Positions 51,262-64,000 of a DNA stretch of 64,000 nucleotides are shown here, one piece after another. Position 1 is the first letter of the stretch; the number at the start of each line of letters is the position of its first letter. The position numbers and the translations under genes are program-made. Origin of the DNA: Paraphysomonas bandaiensis (taxonomy: Eukaryota > Protista > Chrysophyceae); contig CBFFRP010000284.1 in the NCBI GenBank assembly GCA_965644295.1, positions 62,001 to 126,000 of the forward strand, written 5' to 3'. The notes beneath the pieces are model-generated. The model did no database searches. It saw nothing but the letters and a program-made list of their open reading frames with translations, and had not been told where the DNA came from.

Positions 51262-52620
51262 CAGGGCTACGTAGCAAATGAATTGCATTTAAATTGCATG
51301 GAATATAAGCAATAATTGCAATTTAATTGCTAGCTGAAAGAAGGTTGTAATTAAATTTTGATTAATTGGCAATTATTTCTCAGGAGACAATACCCATATG
51401 AATCTAAAGTTAGTCAGACTTATTGATCTGACGATTGAAGAGATTGCGCCTTTGATAGGATGCGCTTGCAAGAAGCTTGCTGTGCGCTTCTATATTGTGA
51501 AGAGTATTATGCTGGGCGCTGGGCGGGTGGATAGCATTAACAAATTGTGCAAAACAGCTCTGCTTTCTGAAAATGCAAGCAAATTGAGGAAACATGACTT
51601 GCCATGATGTGCACTTGTGAGCAATGACACTTGTGGGGTTCCATATTTACCATGCTCCGAAGAGTTTTGGAGTTGGCAGGAGATCTGGGCAGGTGCATTA
51701 CTCCCAAATGCAGTGACACATGCTAAATTACAGCGCTTGACAGCGGAGATAAAGCAATTTGAAATAGTTTTTATGATTCTCCAGAACGATGGCGCTTAAC
51801 AGGCCAATCTTAGTGTTGTTTGTGCGATTTTTATTCAATACCTTCATTCAAAAATTCCCTTGTACTAGAGCACCACCTTCACAAATATATCATCCTTGGT
51901 GCGGGCATAATTAAGAGAGGACACTCTCACTTGACCTGAAAAGGTTGGACAGAACTGATGAAGAAGAGGAAAAAAGAAGTTGATGGTGTCGACTCACTTT
52001 CGAATAATCTGAATGTCTGATTATTATGAGAAAGCGTTGACTAGAAAGAATACCAACCTAAAGCCAATATCAAGCAGCACAATCATGAAATATCTGGATA
52101 CTTTAGCGCAGCAGGTTGAAAAAGTGAAAGAAATGTTGCCTATTTCATTTGGCATAGTAGGTCAGGATGGTTGGACCTGAGAATGCGCAGCTCAAACGTT
52201 TTCTGTTGGACAGAACTGTTGAAGAAAAAGATGATGATGGTGTCGCCTCACTGGCGAGAAGACACCAAACGCACCAAGAACAGAAAAGCGACTATATATA
52301 CGTACGACCAAACCAATTAAGTACCGCTGCTTGAAGAAAATTTACTCCACTACTAATTGTGTAGAAAGGTTTTTCAGTAGAGCAAAAATCAACATGAGTG
52401 ATCTGCGCCAATCCACGGCATCTCATTGATTGCTCTTGCGCTTTAGTAGACTTCTGTGGAATGCAAGTACAGCTGAAGATGTTATTTGTGTTTGTAATGT
52501 GTAATGAGTAGCTAATTTCATTAGACAATAATTGGCAAATAAATTGCCGTTAATTTTAATTGCGCGAGCTATAACTAATAATTGCAATTTAATTGCAATT
52601 AATTGTGACGCACCCCTTCG
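51262..52620 (+). mobile_element. Decayed hAT-superfamily DNA transposon
   Basis: Degenerate CAGGGCT(A/G)CGT..AATTGCA TIRs; flanks TATCTACA/TATCTACC (7/8 TSD match); broken transposase with 'WGSIFTMLRR' and 'STTNCVERFFSRAK' (~52346-52390). Confidence 0.8.
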
Positions 52621-52963
52621 TATCTACCGCCTACTCATTACCTGGTAAAACGCTTTGCATTGGGTATTATAAAAAATGTCACTTTGTGTTCTGGAATCTG
52701 TCGGCCAAAGCACCCACAATACTCAATACTATATGGTGAATGATTTGGTAAACATCAAACTTGATGCAAAAGTTATTATAATTCCTTAGTCAATATAATC
52801 TTTACAAATGTACTCTGTCATATTTAGCAACATATGATGTGGTAGAGAAGACAAGGCTGAAAAGTCACATACCCCTTTAGTAAGTGACCAGAAATAAGAA
52901 CAGACAATTGTCTCCGCTATTGTAATACCACAATGTCATATGTAATTTGCCAGTACGCTACTG

Positions 52964-53857
52964 CTATGTCGGGTCGACATCTGTAATCGACACCCAGTTA
53001 ATTTTTCTCTTTGCAAACTTTCCCTTATTCCGTTCCCTTTTAGCTGTGGCGGCCTGACGTGGTCCAGAAGGGCGCCTTTGCGCTTGCTCTTCTCTTCTCT
53101 TGGTCGTCCACTTGTGAATGGCATCAGCTCTCCTCTCGTCGGCCGGAACAGTGGCAACACTTTTGATTCCTTTACCATTCGGCTTCACGGGTGGGGCAGG
53201 GGGTGCACCCACAGAAAACTTAGGTATAGCATATGGCAAAGGTGCAGGGGTAGGCAACGGATCAGCGAGAGTGCACTCTGTGAAGTTCTCAGTGATATTA
53301 TCAACCTCTGATTCTTGGTAATATGGTGTCTCGCCGGTGGAACTGCCAGCGGCCATGCGTTTTTTCATTTCCTCCTCGCACGCCCACTCCCCATAGCTTA
53401 AGTCCTGGATTATCTCTGCAAAGACTAGATCATCATGCTCCGACATACTGACGTCATCATTATCCACCATCTGTATAGCTTCAACGTTTACCACATCTCC
53501 CATCTCAGTGGCTTCGCACATGCGAGCGGCTTTAGCATCAACATCAACATCAAAAAACTCAGCGACAGCAACAGCAGGGGCATGACCATCATCCACTGAA
53601 TTCAACGAATTAGCAATAGGTAGACTACTATTTAGATCTGCAGTGTGTACCGGGGGCTGAATTACCCCATTATCAAATAACCACTCCTCAAAATCATCAA
53701 AAACAATTACGTTCTCCGCTTCCAAGGGTGATTGCTGGCGGTCTTCTCCATTAGAATCGAATTCATCATGTAGGCCAGGAGCATAAGGTACTGCGGTGAC
53801 CGATGGGACCGCGGTTAAGTTGACCGAAAAGTTATTCTGACTCGAGTCCGAAGACAT
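52964..53857 (-). CDS. CCT-motif protein with an acidic N-terminus (putative transcriptional regulator)
   Basis: C-terminal 'ERRADAIHKWTTKRR...RQAATAKRERNKGKFAK'. Confidence 0.8.
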   Translation of the reverse strand: MSSDSSQNNFSVNLTAVPSVTAVPYAPGLHDEFDSNGEDRQQSPLEAENVIVFDDFEEWLFDNGVIQPPVHTADLNSSLPIANSLNSVDDGHAPAVAVAEFFDVDVDAKAARMCEATEMGDVVNVEAIQMVDNDDVSMSEHDDLVFAEIIQDLSYGEWACEEEMKKRMAAGSSTGETPYYQESEVDNITENFTECTLADPLPTPAPLPYAIPKFSVGAPPAPPVKPNGKGIKSVATVPADERRADAIHKWTTKRREEQAQRRPSGPRQAATAKRERNKGKFAKRKINWVSITDVDPT

Positions 53858-54662
53858 AATATCACTCCTCAGTCATACGATACCTAATAGATGTATTCAA
53901 CGAATCAATGGTAAAGAGCGTTACGAAAGTGCTGGAACAAAAATGCTAAAGTACGTTTCGACGACAACATAAGAATTATCACTCTGATAAGCGATGAATA
54001 GTTCTGCACACTATAGATATAAGTCTCAATCGCAGTGTAGCAGCCACAGCTTCAAATATCGTATTCTTTTTTAATAGAAACGCTTAGTGAATAGCGACGA
54101 TGGAGGTGGAAAGATTGTGGCGACCAAAACTTTTGATTTGATATGCTGGTGTGCGAGCATCTGAGCTCTGTGTATGTGGAGATATTACGTTTGGTAGTGT
54201 ACCGTATTGCAGTACGACTGCGGGGTAATTCCCTCTTACGTGATAAAACCTCATATTTTCCCGAATAACCCGTTAATGTGCTGGTATTCCATCCATTTTT
54301 TGGCAAAAATATGGTTTTCTGCTGTACTGTACCAACGCGGTATTCCATCTGTATATGTGGAGTATCTTCCGCAATGTTCTTCTGGTTCAAAATTTCTCTT
54401 TCAAGTGTCTGTATACACGGCACAGCAACAGACTACGTACGTATAACCCAAGTTCACAAAGAGACGGTATACTGCTTTATACGAGAGGGTATTATACGAT
54501 GCTGTCGTTGAGGGCCGCTCTTTAATGTCTGCATGTGTGATAGCTATAGCAGTACAGTGGCATGTAGTCGCCCTTATATGAGCGGGATAGCATAAATCAA
54601 CCCATCGAACAATAATCATTGTTGGGGAACCGCATGGTCTTTGATAGATATTATTCCAATCA

Positions 54663-56814
54663 ATGCGCCAATCACAGTCGAGTAATATGAACAGAAGAGT
54701 AGTGCTCGTGTCGTTGGTTGTGCTTATATGTTTGTCAGTGCGCTTTTCTATATATGGAATCAACTCACTGGTTCCTTGGAAGAGTAACCGTCCGTTAGAT
54801 ATTCATTATGTTATGAATGCGTGGGAAAAAAAGGAATACGAGATGCAGCATCGCGTCACAGGAGTGTTGAGCAGTTCTCGTCTTCGTCAGTGTAATGACG
54901 ACGCGTATGTTACCTTTGTTATGCCGACATATGGATCAAGACCGTCAATATCAACCTCTATGCAGTCCATAATAAACTTAGATGAATGTGGATGGCGTTT
55001 GATTGTTGTGTATGCTGTTGTTGACGATGCCGCTGCAAGCGAGCTACATCAGGAAGCGCCATTTCAGCTCACTACAATTCCTCAGTATATTTGGCAAGAC
55101 CCCCGCATATACTTTCTACCATACAAGAGCACAGTTGCGAGAAATTACGGGGGATCGCAACGCAATGCTGCATTCCGTCACATATCGACCCCTTGGATAG
55201 CTTTTCTTGACGATGATGACACTATAACTGCAGACTATATTACACTGCTCAAGAAAGAGATACGTAGTTACCCTGAAGCAGCCGCAGTATTGTTTCGCAT
55301 GACCTGCACGACCTGTGAGCACACGGTTATTCCGCCTGAGTCCTACCGCACTATTGAGGCCAACCACGCCGGTATAAGTTTTGCTGTGCGTCGAGTTGTT
55401 GTGACTCCGCTAGGAAATCATAAGTTTGTGGATGGGCCGGCGGAGGATTACAAGTTTTTACATGATATGGTTCGTGGGGGTCTAGAGGTGGTACTATCAG
55501 GATCTGTAGCGTATCTGGTGAAGGGTAACTACATTAAGCCCGAGATTCCAATGGCTTCCACAATTGTGCACCTAATTGACAACAACGAGACGGAATTCCA
55601 ACAACCTATATTAAGGCCAATTCTAGGTTTCGACTTTCCAGAGAAAGATAGTATTTTCTTCGGGTCAAATATACGCGGCTTACAGCAGTCTCTCGAACGA
55701 CTGCGAGGAGTTGGATGTATAGACAGCGTATTTTTTGACGCCATGGCGGTGGAAGTGCATTTTGGTTTCAAGACTCCCGTTGTTGACGAGAAAAAACTCC
55801 TCATTCAAGTGCAGGTAGAACAAATACATAACAGAACCATACCCCGAACAGACACACTCGTTTTCTCTCCGCACTACCTTCAAAAGATGCGTACTGCCAG
55901 TCAAGTGTGGGCTATAGCTCCCTCCCACTTTAGATTCTTGACGCAAACGTTAGGGCTCAATAACGTTTTCTTTGTACCAATGTGGCACATGACAGAATCG
56001 GATCTGGGTGGGGAGCTAGCTTTAACCAGGAAGGAAAAGGCTCGACTAGCAGTGCCGACCAAGGAGCAGCAATGTATGTATGCTGAAGTCCATCCTATCC
56101 TTTTTGAAGGAAATACATACACGGTGGGAAACTGTGTGTTGTATCCTGCGAACTGCCCGGAGACAGGACATTCTAGTAGTATCCCACTGTGCAAGCTACC
56201 GCGGGTACTTTTCTTCGGTGCCGTTCGATACAGTCATAACGGCAGACGAGAGCGACTCTGCCAGGTGATGAGCGAAGGTGTGGATGACTTCGTCTGCTAT
56301 GAGGGAGTATTTGGACCGCATCTAAACCGCCTGATCGACACCGCCGATGTAGTAGTGCTTGACCGCTATTATGCCGTGTCTACTATAGAGTCCCACCGCA
56401 TTGACCCACTGCTGCTTAAGGGTAAAGTTATTGTCAGTACACATTCCTTCGGTACGTAGGTCACTTTCAGTGTACTGTTGCTCATTTTGTTTTTGTAGAC
56501 CGTGACTTGGAACTCGTCTACAACAACTCCATAGTTTTTGTTGACCGCGTTGAGGATATGCCCAGAACTGTAAACAGAATCCTTAATGATCAGCAGATGT
56601 TGAAGCGCATGTCTGTGTACAATAGAGAATTTATGCGGCAAAAGGTGTGTTGTATCACAATTCTTGTCTTGTTGCTAATTTCTTGTAGATGATGTCATCA
56701 GGACCTCTGTGTGCCGCTTTGACAGCACTTCGGCGTTCTGCCCTATCATCTGGTACTGTTAAAGTTGTTACCGAAAGGATTAAACCAGATAAGCAGCGAC
56801 ATAAATATTGGTAG
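54663..56814 (+). CDS. Type-II membrane glycosyltransferase (GT2/GT-A domain plus a second GT-like domain), 3 exons
   Basis: N-terminal TM; 'FVMPTYG', 'RNAAF...WIAFLDDDD', 'AEDY'; two short introns near 56451-56498 and 56645-56688; stop at 56812-56814. Confidence 0.85.
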
Positions 56815-57623
56815 TGTATAGATTTTAGACAAGCAACGCGCCCCCTATGATAAACTAGAGAGTGATGCTGTGGGCTACATGTTACTACTTCCAATATGCA
56901 ACAGTACTTGCCCGGCTGCAATGTCATGTTTGCATCGCGTAGTGTTATGGGTCAACTTATTCTAAGATAAATTGCAATAGTAAAGTAGATAGTACTACAG
57001 ATATTTCATCGTGTGGTCATTTTGGAAGCTTCTTAATTATTTCTGTAGAATGACTGTGTAGAAATAGCTTTAGATAACGCTGATAATTTTTTAACTTATT
57101 GGTTTTAAGATGTTTTATTTCTAATCCTTAAGTGCTTCTGAGGACAGAAAAAATATTGGGAAATATGATTCAGCCAAATCGAATAGTCAAATTGGTTGTC
57201 CAACCTAGTCACACTATTTTTGGTGTAACTATCTAGTCAAAGAACTCAACTTAGTCATAAATTGTACTAGCAGTCATGTAGCATATAACTACACATTACT
57301 GTACAATAATGAAGGCACGCTACTGGTCAAGTGAAATCAAACCAACATAGGTAATCCTACGACTGGTAGTGGTTGCAATGTATGTATTAGAAACTGAGTA
57401 AGGTCTGTCGGCTCAGGACAAAATATGATAGGCTTGCAAACATTGTATATAGTAAACTCGTGAATGTCGATGGGAGCCTGCCATACTACTTCATATATAT
57501 ACCAAACTCAATATCTATGATCAAGACACCGTGATTATTTATAAATTGATTCTCAACGAGTGTAGGTATGATACGAAGACAATCGACAACACTACTTTTT
57601 CAAATGTGCACGGAAAAAGAGCA

Positions 57624-58202
57624 TTAGTCATCGAGGTTGTAATTTTGAAGCATTCCCCAGTTAGGGGGCAGCCATCTAAATCGATAAGTGCTTTCTCCTG
57701 GCACCCACCCTTCAACATCTTTCATGAGCTCAGCCTCCAATGCTTCATCTGCATTAAGTCTTCCGAGAAGCATTCTGTCGGATTCCGCCTGTTTAATGCA
57801 TGGTCACAACACTTGGTAGTACACTTAAGAGGGCACTCCACGTCACCTTTCTGTACGGAAATATTGCCAGTTGAAGTTCTCTGTTTTCACGTTGGTAAGT
57901 CCGGCTCTTATTATGTTGCTTTTTAATCTAATAAATTGTATATTAACTTCCATAATAAACAACAGTGAGCTACTGACCATATAGAACCCATTGACGGTCA
58001 TCGCGAAAATACCTAGCCATAGCAACCATCCCGGGGGACTCCTCGACTTGGAATGCCATATCATTTTTTTCCACTAATAATATACGATATAAATGAATTT
58101 GAGTATTATTCATATGTTACGATTCACCTCCCACGACGGCATCTTTGGTGGGCTGCCTTTGTCGAAGACAACAGGCCCGACATTACCTTTCTTACCTCCC
58201 AT
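57624..58202 (-). CDS. NDUFA13: Complex I subunit NDUFA13 / GRIM-19 (B16.6), 4 exons
   Basis: Spliced ...PPGWLLWLGIFAMTVNGFYM...AIFPYRKAESDR...EAELMKDVEGWVPGESTYRFRWLPP; only fragments appear in the ORF track. Confidence 0.88.
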
Positions 58203-58300
58203 GACGAATTTAGTCACTTGGTTTCAGTAGCGTAAATTAGGCTTAATTATGCCAATGTTTTAATGCTACGAAGCGGATAAAGTAGTGAGAGTGGTAGTGT

Positions 58301-60826
58301 ATGCTGCTATACTCTACGCTGTGTGCTGCTGTATGCTGTAACATGCTGTTGGTTGTATTATTGTACGTAGCATGCATATGTATGTCAGCATATCCCACAT
58401 CAGCTCGCCCTGTCATGCACCAGCAGCAGGCACTAATGCAGTCTCAGTTAGTGGATAACAGCATAACATACAACTGTAGTATAGGTACAGTATTCCACTG
58501 TATAATCGTGTTCATTGTATTCATATAGTGTATAGGCGTATATGGATACTGCTGTATGGCGCCCTGCGTATGATGCTGTGTGTTGTGGGTGCATTTTCCT
58601 CACTGGGCTTCTCGGCTATACGAAGATTACTTGCAGGGATTAGAAGTCTAGAAGTGGGTTAGTCCAGGCAATCACCATTTGACCTGTGTTCCTGTGAGAG
58701 TGATAAATTCATCATACAGCGTAATGCCAGCGGTTGAATCAACTGTAACGGTCCCCTCTTCATTCTCATCTATGCAGAAACAAAACTCAATTCGCGCCAG
58801 CGTTGAATCGATATTGAAAATGCTGCAATACTTTGAGGTGGATTCACATGTGGATGTCGTCCTGTTGGGATCATCATTCTCTCAGTCATTCGTTCGTGAT
58901 GTTACTTCATATTTGTCTCACTTATCGCGGATGGGGTATGTGGGGAGCTCGTTGGAATATGTCCACGAAAAGTTTGTGTTTCATGTGGGCATGTCACGAC
59001 AGCTGGAAAGCTCATTATTACTTGACATCGAGGGTGGGGCTCAGCTAAACGACGACTCACTGAGTTCACACTTTAAACGACACCACTATAAGGCTACAAC
59101 TGGAACAACGATATTCATACTTAACTTCCCGACATATGATATGATGATTTCTGATACTTTCATTTCCCCTGAAGGCTTCGCATGGTTGGATGTGACTCCA
59201 TCAAAAAAAAATTATGGATATGTTTCCCCGATATCGCCAATGACAAGTGTGATGCCTAACCCATTTCATGGGATTGAAAGGGAGCTCAGTTCTCATGATT
59301 TGGCGGTGTTGATCTACAGATCTGCGGAACAGCTGTCCCCTCCCGTCTCTCCAGTTATTCATTCTCAAATGAATATCACGGATTCTGATTCTGGCGATTG
59401 GAAGATTCGTAGTGAGCTCCCAACCACCAATGTTAATGTTAGATTACTCACTCTCTGCGGGTATCCTCTGGCACGCTGTCAGCCTGATATGATATCCGCC
59501 GCCGCTATATCTGCTGTATCTGAGCACGTCGGGGGGGGTCGCATACAGGTATCGCACCAGAGCTCCATGGTCCGCCTGACAGACTCTCCTTCTGTGACAC
59601 ATGCCCTACTTTCGGCACTCCAGCGACACACACCACCCCCTGAGGGAACAGGAAAGGGAATCCACAGGCAACCGCAGAGTGAGAAAGGCGTGTGGGGTGG
59701 AAGAAGTTTACTTTCTCCCAGTGAAATGATGAAGCGACTGTTTCGTTCAGATGAGCTGCAAGCAGTTCTAGCTCATAGTCTGGAACAGGAAGGGAGAGGG
59801 AGGGTGCTGCCCGTTGTCAGCGTGCTTCTCCCAGCTGAATGGGATGTCGTGCTTTCTATGGAAGGAACAAATGGTTGCGGAGCAATATCCCCTCTTTCTG
59901 ACGGACGACAAGTGGGTATGACTGCATGTACGCGTTTCGACCATCTCTCTTCTTCGACTGAGAGTGGGTGGAAACTTCACAGAGAAGCGGTTGTAGTTCT
60001 CAGGCGTGATGACACACCAACTCCCGATAGATCGCACACAAGAGGCCAAGGGTCCAACAGAGCACCCCCTCTCGACACAGGCCTTATTCAAATAGATGGA
60101 AAAGAGGTGCCGAGATCTGATGCCTTCGAAACACACGAACTTAGTGATGCAATCATGGCGACATTATGGGGAATTCCTCCTGCGCATTCCTATTACAGTG
60201 CCAGCGCGCAACAGATGGTGTCTGACTTTCTCTGGTATCCAGCCCTTGCGTTGAGATCGAAAGAATCTCTCGATAACTTCAGGTACTCCCGAGTAGTGAG
60301 ACGGCACATGCTACTTTTAAGTGCGGACGATGCGATTAGGCGTACGGCCGTTGCGCTGGCTGAGGCTGAAGGATTCTCCGTTGGCATCCCATTTTTGGAA
60401 CAGCGATTTCAGCTCACTGGGGTAGTTCAAGACTCATCCGCGACTAGTACTATTGTGCGCCCCTCCGCTGTGCAAGATATAATACATGGCCTTGATGGTG
60501 TTGCCACTGACTACTCACACCTTGAATTCGATCTTGCATTGCAAGGGATGACTGATGTAGACGCCAAGGTACAACAGCTGGAAAGTCTCGTGCAGAAGGC
60601 GTGGGTGGGATCTGACCCCAGTCAGTTGTCTATTGAGTGTAAGTCATACGATCAGTATTCCTTTAACATTCGAAATACTGTAACTGAAAGTAATGGTGTT
60701 TTTCTTATTGTTGTGCTCGTCATCGGGACGTTTCTCGGAATGTTAGGTGCATTGTACTGCGTTGGCATAAAAAAATACGGTACCATAGGAATTCGACGGG
60801 TTGGTAGAAGAGTTGTGGTGAGATGA
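58301..60826 (+). CDS. Large signal-peptide plus C-terminal TM protein of unknown function
   Basis: Hydrophobic N-terminal exon, a 715-codon main exon, a TM and a basic tail; 5' exon structure uncertain. Confidence 0.75.
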
Positions 60827-60923
60827 TGAGAGTCATATATTAAGAATAGTAGAATTAGATAGAGTGAATCAGTAATAAGATGTTACTCATTGTGTGCTTA
60901 ACGTATTGATAGGACTTGTAGAC

Positions 60924-61072
60924 GAAGTGAATGTCTGATTATTAGCAATAGGCGTGCAAGAGTCTGAACTAATGTAGTACAACTATTTAACTAACTAGTG
61001 CTATTTATTTATTTAACGCTACGAAAGCTGTTTGTGCGTCACCGCAAACACCAAGGTGCAACCACTTTCGCT
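60924..61072 (-). mobile_element. Family E copy H1: 3' module only (G-like subtype)
   Basis: TGAATGTCTGATTATTAGCAATAGGCG at 60928; similarity ends at the base of the 3' stem. Confidence 0.85.
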
Positions 61073-61143
61073 CTATCGCCCTCAACAAAGTCGGACTCAC
61101 ACCTTTTCGTGGTGTTCTGGGGGATAAGCACCGGAGAGATTCT

Positions 61144-63476
<2,333 letters not shown>

Positions 63477-64000
63477 TCACACTCTGAAAAAACTTCTGTA
63501 CTATGCCCCTTTTCAAGTAGAATGCGATCAATAGCAACCAGTTCAGCATGCCGAGTACCCTGAACCGAATTATACAGATAGATTCTTGATTAGTGCCATA
63601 AAACTATATGAACGACAGGTACATTTCGGCTTCTATTCGTCTGATTGCAGCCAACTCCGATAACCTCTTCGTCGAGAGTGTTCGGCTTATATACAAACAC
63701 ACATCCAACTGGCACTTCTCCGAAGCCAAGGGCTTTCTCCGCCTAGAGTGATATGCATGTTGAGTTAATATGTCTGTGGGGGCGATTGGCAGCACCTGAA
63801 GCAACGCCATGCGCATAAACCTCTCGCGAGAATCCGCGCACGTCATGCTGTATATACGCGCTACGACTCTACAGATCTCGAGAAACCACTACTCAAACAA
63901 TGAATCCACGTCTAGATAGAGTATCACAGTGCTGTCTATATGAGTCATGAGATGGAGGAAGAATGGCCACTCTCTGTGTACACCTGGTACAGCAGTGATC

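Noticed and set aside
52010-52026. 17-bp match to the family E terminus inside the hAT relic
   Set aside because: No TSD or further homology; compatible with transposase coding sequence or chance
61079-61140. tRNA-Glu-like SINE head (5-bp stem with a TTTTCGT loop)
   Set aside because: No convincing A/B boxes or T-arm; the pseudoknot model explains more of the pairings, though this alternative is not fully excluded

Overview
Compact eukaryotic genomic DNA with about 45-70 bp GT-AG introns; gene content suggests a stramenopile/ochrophyte-like protist (inference). Host genes: MRS2/CorA-type Mg transporter, a telobox-Myb telomere-binding protein with a TRFH-like N-terminus, an unknown protein, a FUBP-like KH protein, a membrane protein, a myosin with a PX tail, an MFS transporter, RPL18, an F-box/'DPPCPW'-repeat protein, a Cys/Gln-rich protein, AP-3 delta, a CCT protein, a GT2 glycosyltransferase, NDUFA13 and a type-I membrane protein. 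Mobile DNA: one intact young Ty1/copia element (identical 293-bp LTRs, TG...TA ends, 5-bp TSD), a rearranged copy of it, a decayed hAT and a related MITE. The main discovery is a family of about 11 copies/fragments of RT-less retroposons ('family E'). Three copies have exact 12-bp TSDs and short AT tails. Different bodies share one covarying 3' RNA three-way junction. One subfamily begins with an HDV-ribozyme-like nested double pseudoknot with unusual substitutions. All structures and family assignments were made by eye, with no database searches.
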